Below, piece by piece: positions 61,948 through 64,000 of a stretch of 64,000 nt of DNA. Each line of letters starts with the position of its first letter. Within the stretch, counting starts at the first letter, position 1. Under the pieces are notes generated by a model. The model worked only from the letters and a program-made list of their open reading frames with translations. It ran no database searches and had not been told where the DNA came from. A program made the translations under genes and the position numbers. Source of the DNA: Fibrobacter sp. (GTDB lineage Bacteria > Fibrobacterota > Fibrobacteria > Fibrobacterales > Fibrobacteraceae); the NCBI GenBank assembly GCA_024398995.1, contig JAKSIE010000009.1, positions 1,539 to 65,538 of the forward strand, given 5' to 3'.

Positions 61948-63345
61948 TTATTTCAGGTGAATAACCTTTGCTTGATGGGCTGAACCACTGGAAACCTTTA
62001 CCATGTACATGCCGGCAGGAAGCTTTGCCAGGGAGAGGCTGCCGCTTACGCCGTCAATCATCATGAGCTTATTGCCCTTCAGGTCGAACAGTTCAACGTT
62101 TGCTGCATTGACTCCGGAAATTTCCAGGGCCTTGTTGCTGAAGGTGACGTTAAGAGCGGATGCGGGAACGAAGCTGTTGATTGCCTGTTGCTGTCCACCC
62201 TGGTCGCCGCCTTGTTGAGAACCGTCGTTGCACTTGGTGTAGGTTTCGGGGTTGGTGGAAAGGAATCCCTTTACCATGTTGCCAGATGCAGTATACTGCA
62301 GACTGTTCTTGTTGGATCCGCTTGCAAATGCTGCGGTTCCTTCGGCAATGTGGGATGCAGACCAGTTGGCCCAGGAGAGCTTGTACTTGTCTACATAGGT
62401 TTGCCATTCCTGATTCTGAGACTGGCCGGGAGTACCCTTACCGTCGGCACTACCGGTGCCCCATTCAGAGATGAAGATGGAAAGACCGGCCTTCATTGCT
62501 TCCAAACCGCGGGATCCTTCACTGGGGCCACCCCAGCTATTGTTTCCAGTGGCCTGATGGCTCATGGCGTAGTAATGGAGTGCGTAGGCGGTGTTCTTCT
62601 TGCTGTCATTGACTTCGTTGCCGATTGCATTTTGCGGGTTCTGGTCCCAGCTGGGGTTTCCCACGATGATCAAGTTGTCGGAGTACTTACGGATTTCAGG
62701 AATGACCTGGTTGGCGTAGTTCTTGACCTCGTCCCAGCTCTGCTTTTCCGGTTCGTTAAACAGTTCGAAAATCACATGGTCGTACTGGCCGTATTGCTGT
62801 GCCATTTCAGCAAAGAACGCCTTTGAATTTTCAGTTTCAGTATTGGCGATGTGAGAATGCCAGTCGATGATGACATAAATGTCGTTCTTGATGGCTGCTT
62901 CCACAACGGTCTTCATGAGGTTAGTCTGGTATTCCTTATCAACGGCGTAACCTCTCATGTGTTCAGAAGCGTCCTTGCCGCATGTTCCGAAGTTCTTGCA
63001 ACCCCACCAGTCCTGATCGCTGGTAGCCATTGCTGCACGAACAATCTGAATCTTCATGTCCTTCACCATGCTGGCGATACCTTCTTCGCTCCAGTATTCA
63101 ACAGCCTGAGGCTGAAGGCTCCAGTAAAGGCTCATGCCGCGCACCTGGACTTCTGCGCCGTCCTTGACGCCCTGGCAGCTACCGTAAATACGGCCTTCAC
63201 CGGAGGAGTTCTTGCCGGTCATAAGCTGGCCATATTGGCTCACGGGACCCACGCGGGTGGGGATGATGGTCTGTGCGGAGGCGAGGCCAAAACCGAGGGC
63301 CATGGCGCAGGCAAGGGCGGGAATAGACAGAATCTTCATAAACAT
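61948..63345 (-). CDS. Glycoside hydrolase family 5 cellulase with C-terminal sorting-type domain
   Basis: VRGMSLYW, YVIIDWHSH, FELFNEP, YALHYY, FISEWG, SWANWS; LPAGMYMVKV...KVIHLK. Confidence 0.93.
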   Translation of the reverse strand: MFMKILSIPALACAMALGFGLASAQTIIPTRVGPVSQYGQLMTGKNSSGEGRIYGSCQGVKDGAEVQVRGMSLYWSLQPQAVEYWSEEGIASMVKDMKIQIVRAAMATSDQDWWGCKNFGTCGKDASEHMRGYAVDKEYQTNLMKTVVEAAIKNDIYVIIDWHSHIANTETENSKAFFAEMAQQYGQYDHVIFELFNEPEKQSWDEVKNYANQVIPEIRKYSDNLIIVGNPSWDQNPQNAIGNEVNDSKKNTAYALHYYAMSHQATGNNSWGGPSEGSRGLEAMKAGLSIFISEWGTGSADGKGTPGQSQNQEWQTYVDKYKLSWANWSASHIAEGTAAFASGSNKNSLQYTASGNMVKGFLSTNPETYTKCNDGSQQGGDQGGQQQAINSFVPASALNVTFSNKALEISGVNAANVELFDLKGNKLMMIDGVSGSLSLAKLPAGMYMVKVSSGSAHQAKVIHLK

Positions 63346-63535
63346 CCTCTTTGTTTTCCCTTAAGTTATATTGAGAATAAATGAAAGTTTTAAGAAGAAT
63401 GACCTTTGTTGTTTACGCTGCGAACCATTGGCGAATTGAGCCTAAAATCGCCAATATTTGCCCTTTTTTGAAAAAAATAGAGTTTTTTAGGACTGTTTTT
63501 TTGGTAAATTGTTTGGGTAATAACTAGGAATTTTT

Positions 63536-64000
63536 ATGAAAATGAAGAAATTTGCATTGGTTTCCGCTTTTGCCATGGCTTGTTCTGCATTTGCCCAGCA
63601 GGGGGCTCCCACCGGAGCCGCCGTGGACCCCACCGCCGACGAACAGAAGGCTCTTGATGCCTTGAAGGGTAAGGTGGAAGGTGTGATCGCCTGGTCCACC
63701 AGCCGTGCAAATTCTCATCATGATATCTGGCTCATGAACGCCGATGGAACTGGTGCTCATGCGTTAACCGCTAGCGACAACGTGGACTGGTTCCCCCGCA
63801 TTTCTCCCGATGGATCCAAGGTGCTCTTTAACCGCAGCAAGGGTGGCTGGGTTCCCGAAAACGATGCCAACTATCCCGAAAAGTGGGATTTGTGGACTAT
63901 GAATATTGACGGCTCAGACCAGATTAAGGTTGTGGAAAACGCCACCTGGGGTACCTGGCGTCCTGATGGCAAGACCATCGTGTTTAGCCGTGGGGGCAAG
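63536..64000 (+). CDS. Partial secreted TolB-like (PD40) beta-propeller protein
   Basis: Signal peptide MKMKKFALVSAFAMACSAFAQ; DIWLMNADGTG, FPRISPDGSKVLF, WRPDGKTIVFSR; open to window end. Confidence 0.85.
   Translation, partial: MKMKKFALVSAFAMACSAFAQQGAPTGAAVDPTADEQKALDALKGKVEGVIAWSTSRANSHHDIWLMNADGTGAHALTASDNVDWFPRISPDGSKVLFNRSKGGWVPENDANYPEKWDLWTMNIDGSDQIKVVENATWGTWRPDGKTIVFSRGGK

Overview
Bacterial chromosomal window, very probably a Fibrobacter species. This is inferred from a FISUMP-type lipoprotein, a TIGR02171-type lipoprotein, and GH8/GH5 cellulases with a basic C-terminal sorting-type domain. Most of it is housekeeping and envelope genes: dgt, recG, dnaX-ybaB, pheT, hemH, an RluA-family synthase, ybeY, rdgB, dus, an RND efflux operon, a CcsBA-like cytochrome c synthase, tRNA-Arg(UCU) and RNase P RNA. 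Two AT-rich accessory patches (~4.85-6.35 kb and ~33.35-36.9 kb) each carry a PD-(D/E)XK-type nuclease gene. Most notable: (1) three equal-length 38-bp units GACTGAC-N24-RTYAGTY upstream of an uncharacterised PD-(D/E)XK nuclease that also carries an in-frame hairpin insertion; (2) an identical CCC-N15-GCGTGTTAA motif upstream of both nuclease genes; (3) an A10 slippage site in dnaX with stops in both shifted frames; (4) a likely internal small protein in the Rpn gene; (5) a recurring TAnnnT-N6-8-ATG leaderless signature; (6) a structured tRNA-linked repeat, a TGTCATCCC palindromic repeat family, and heptamer repeats inside coding sequences. All family assignments are by eye from motifs; no database search was run.
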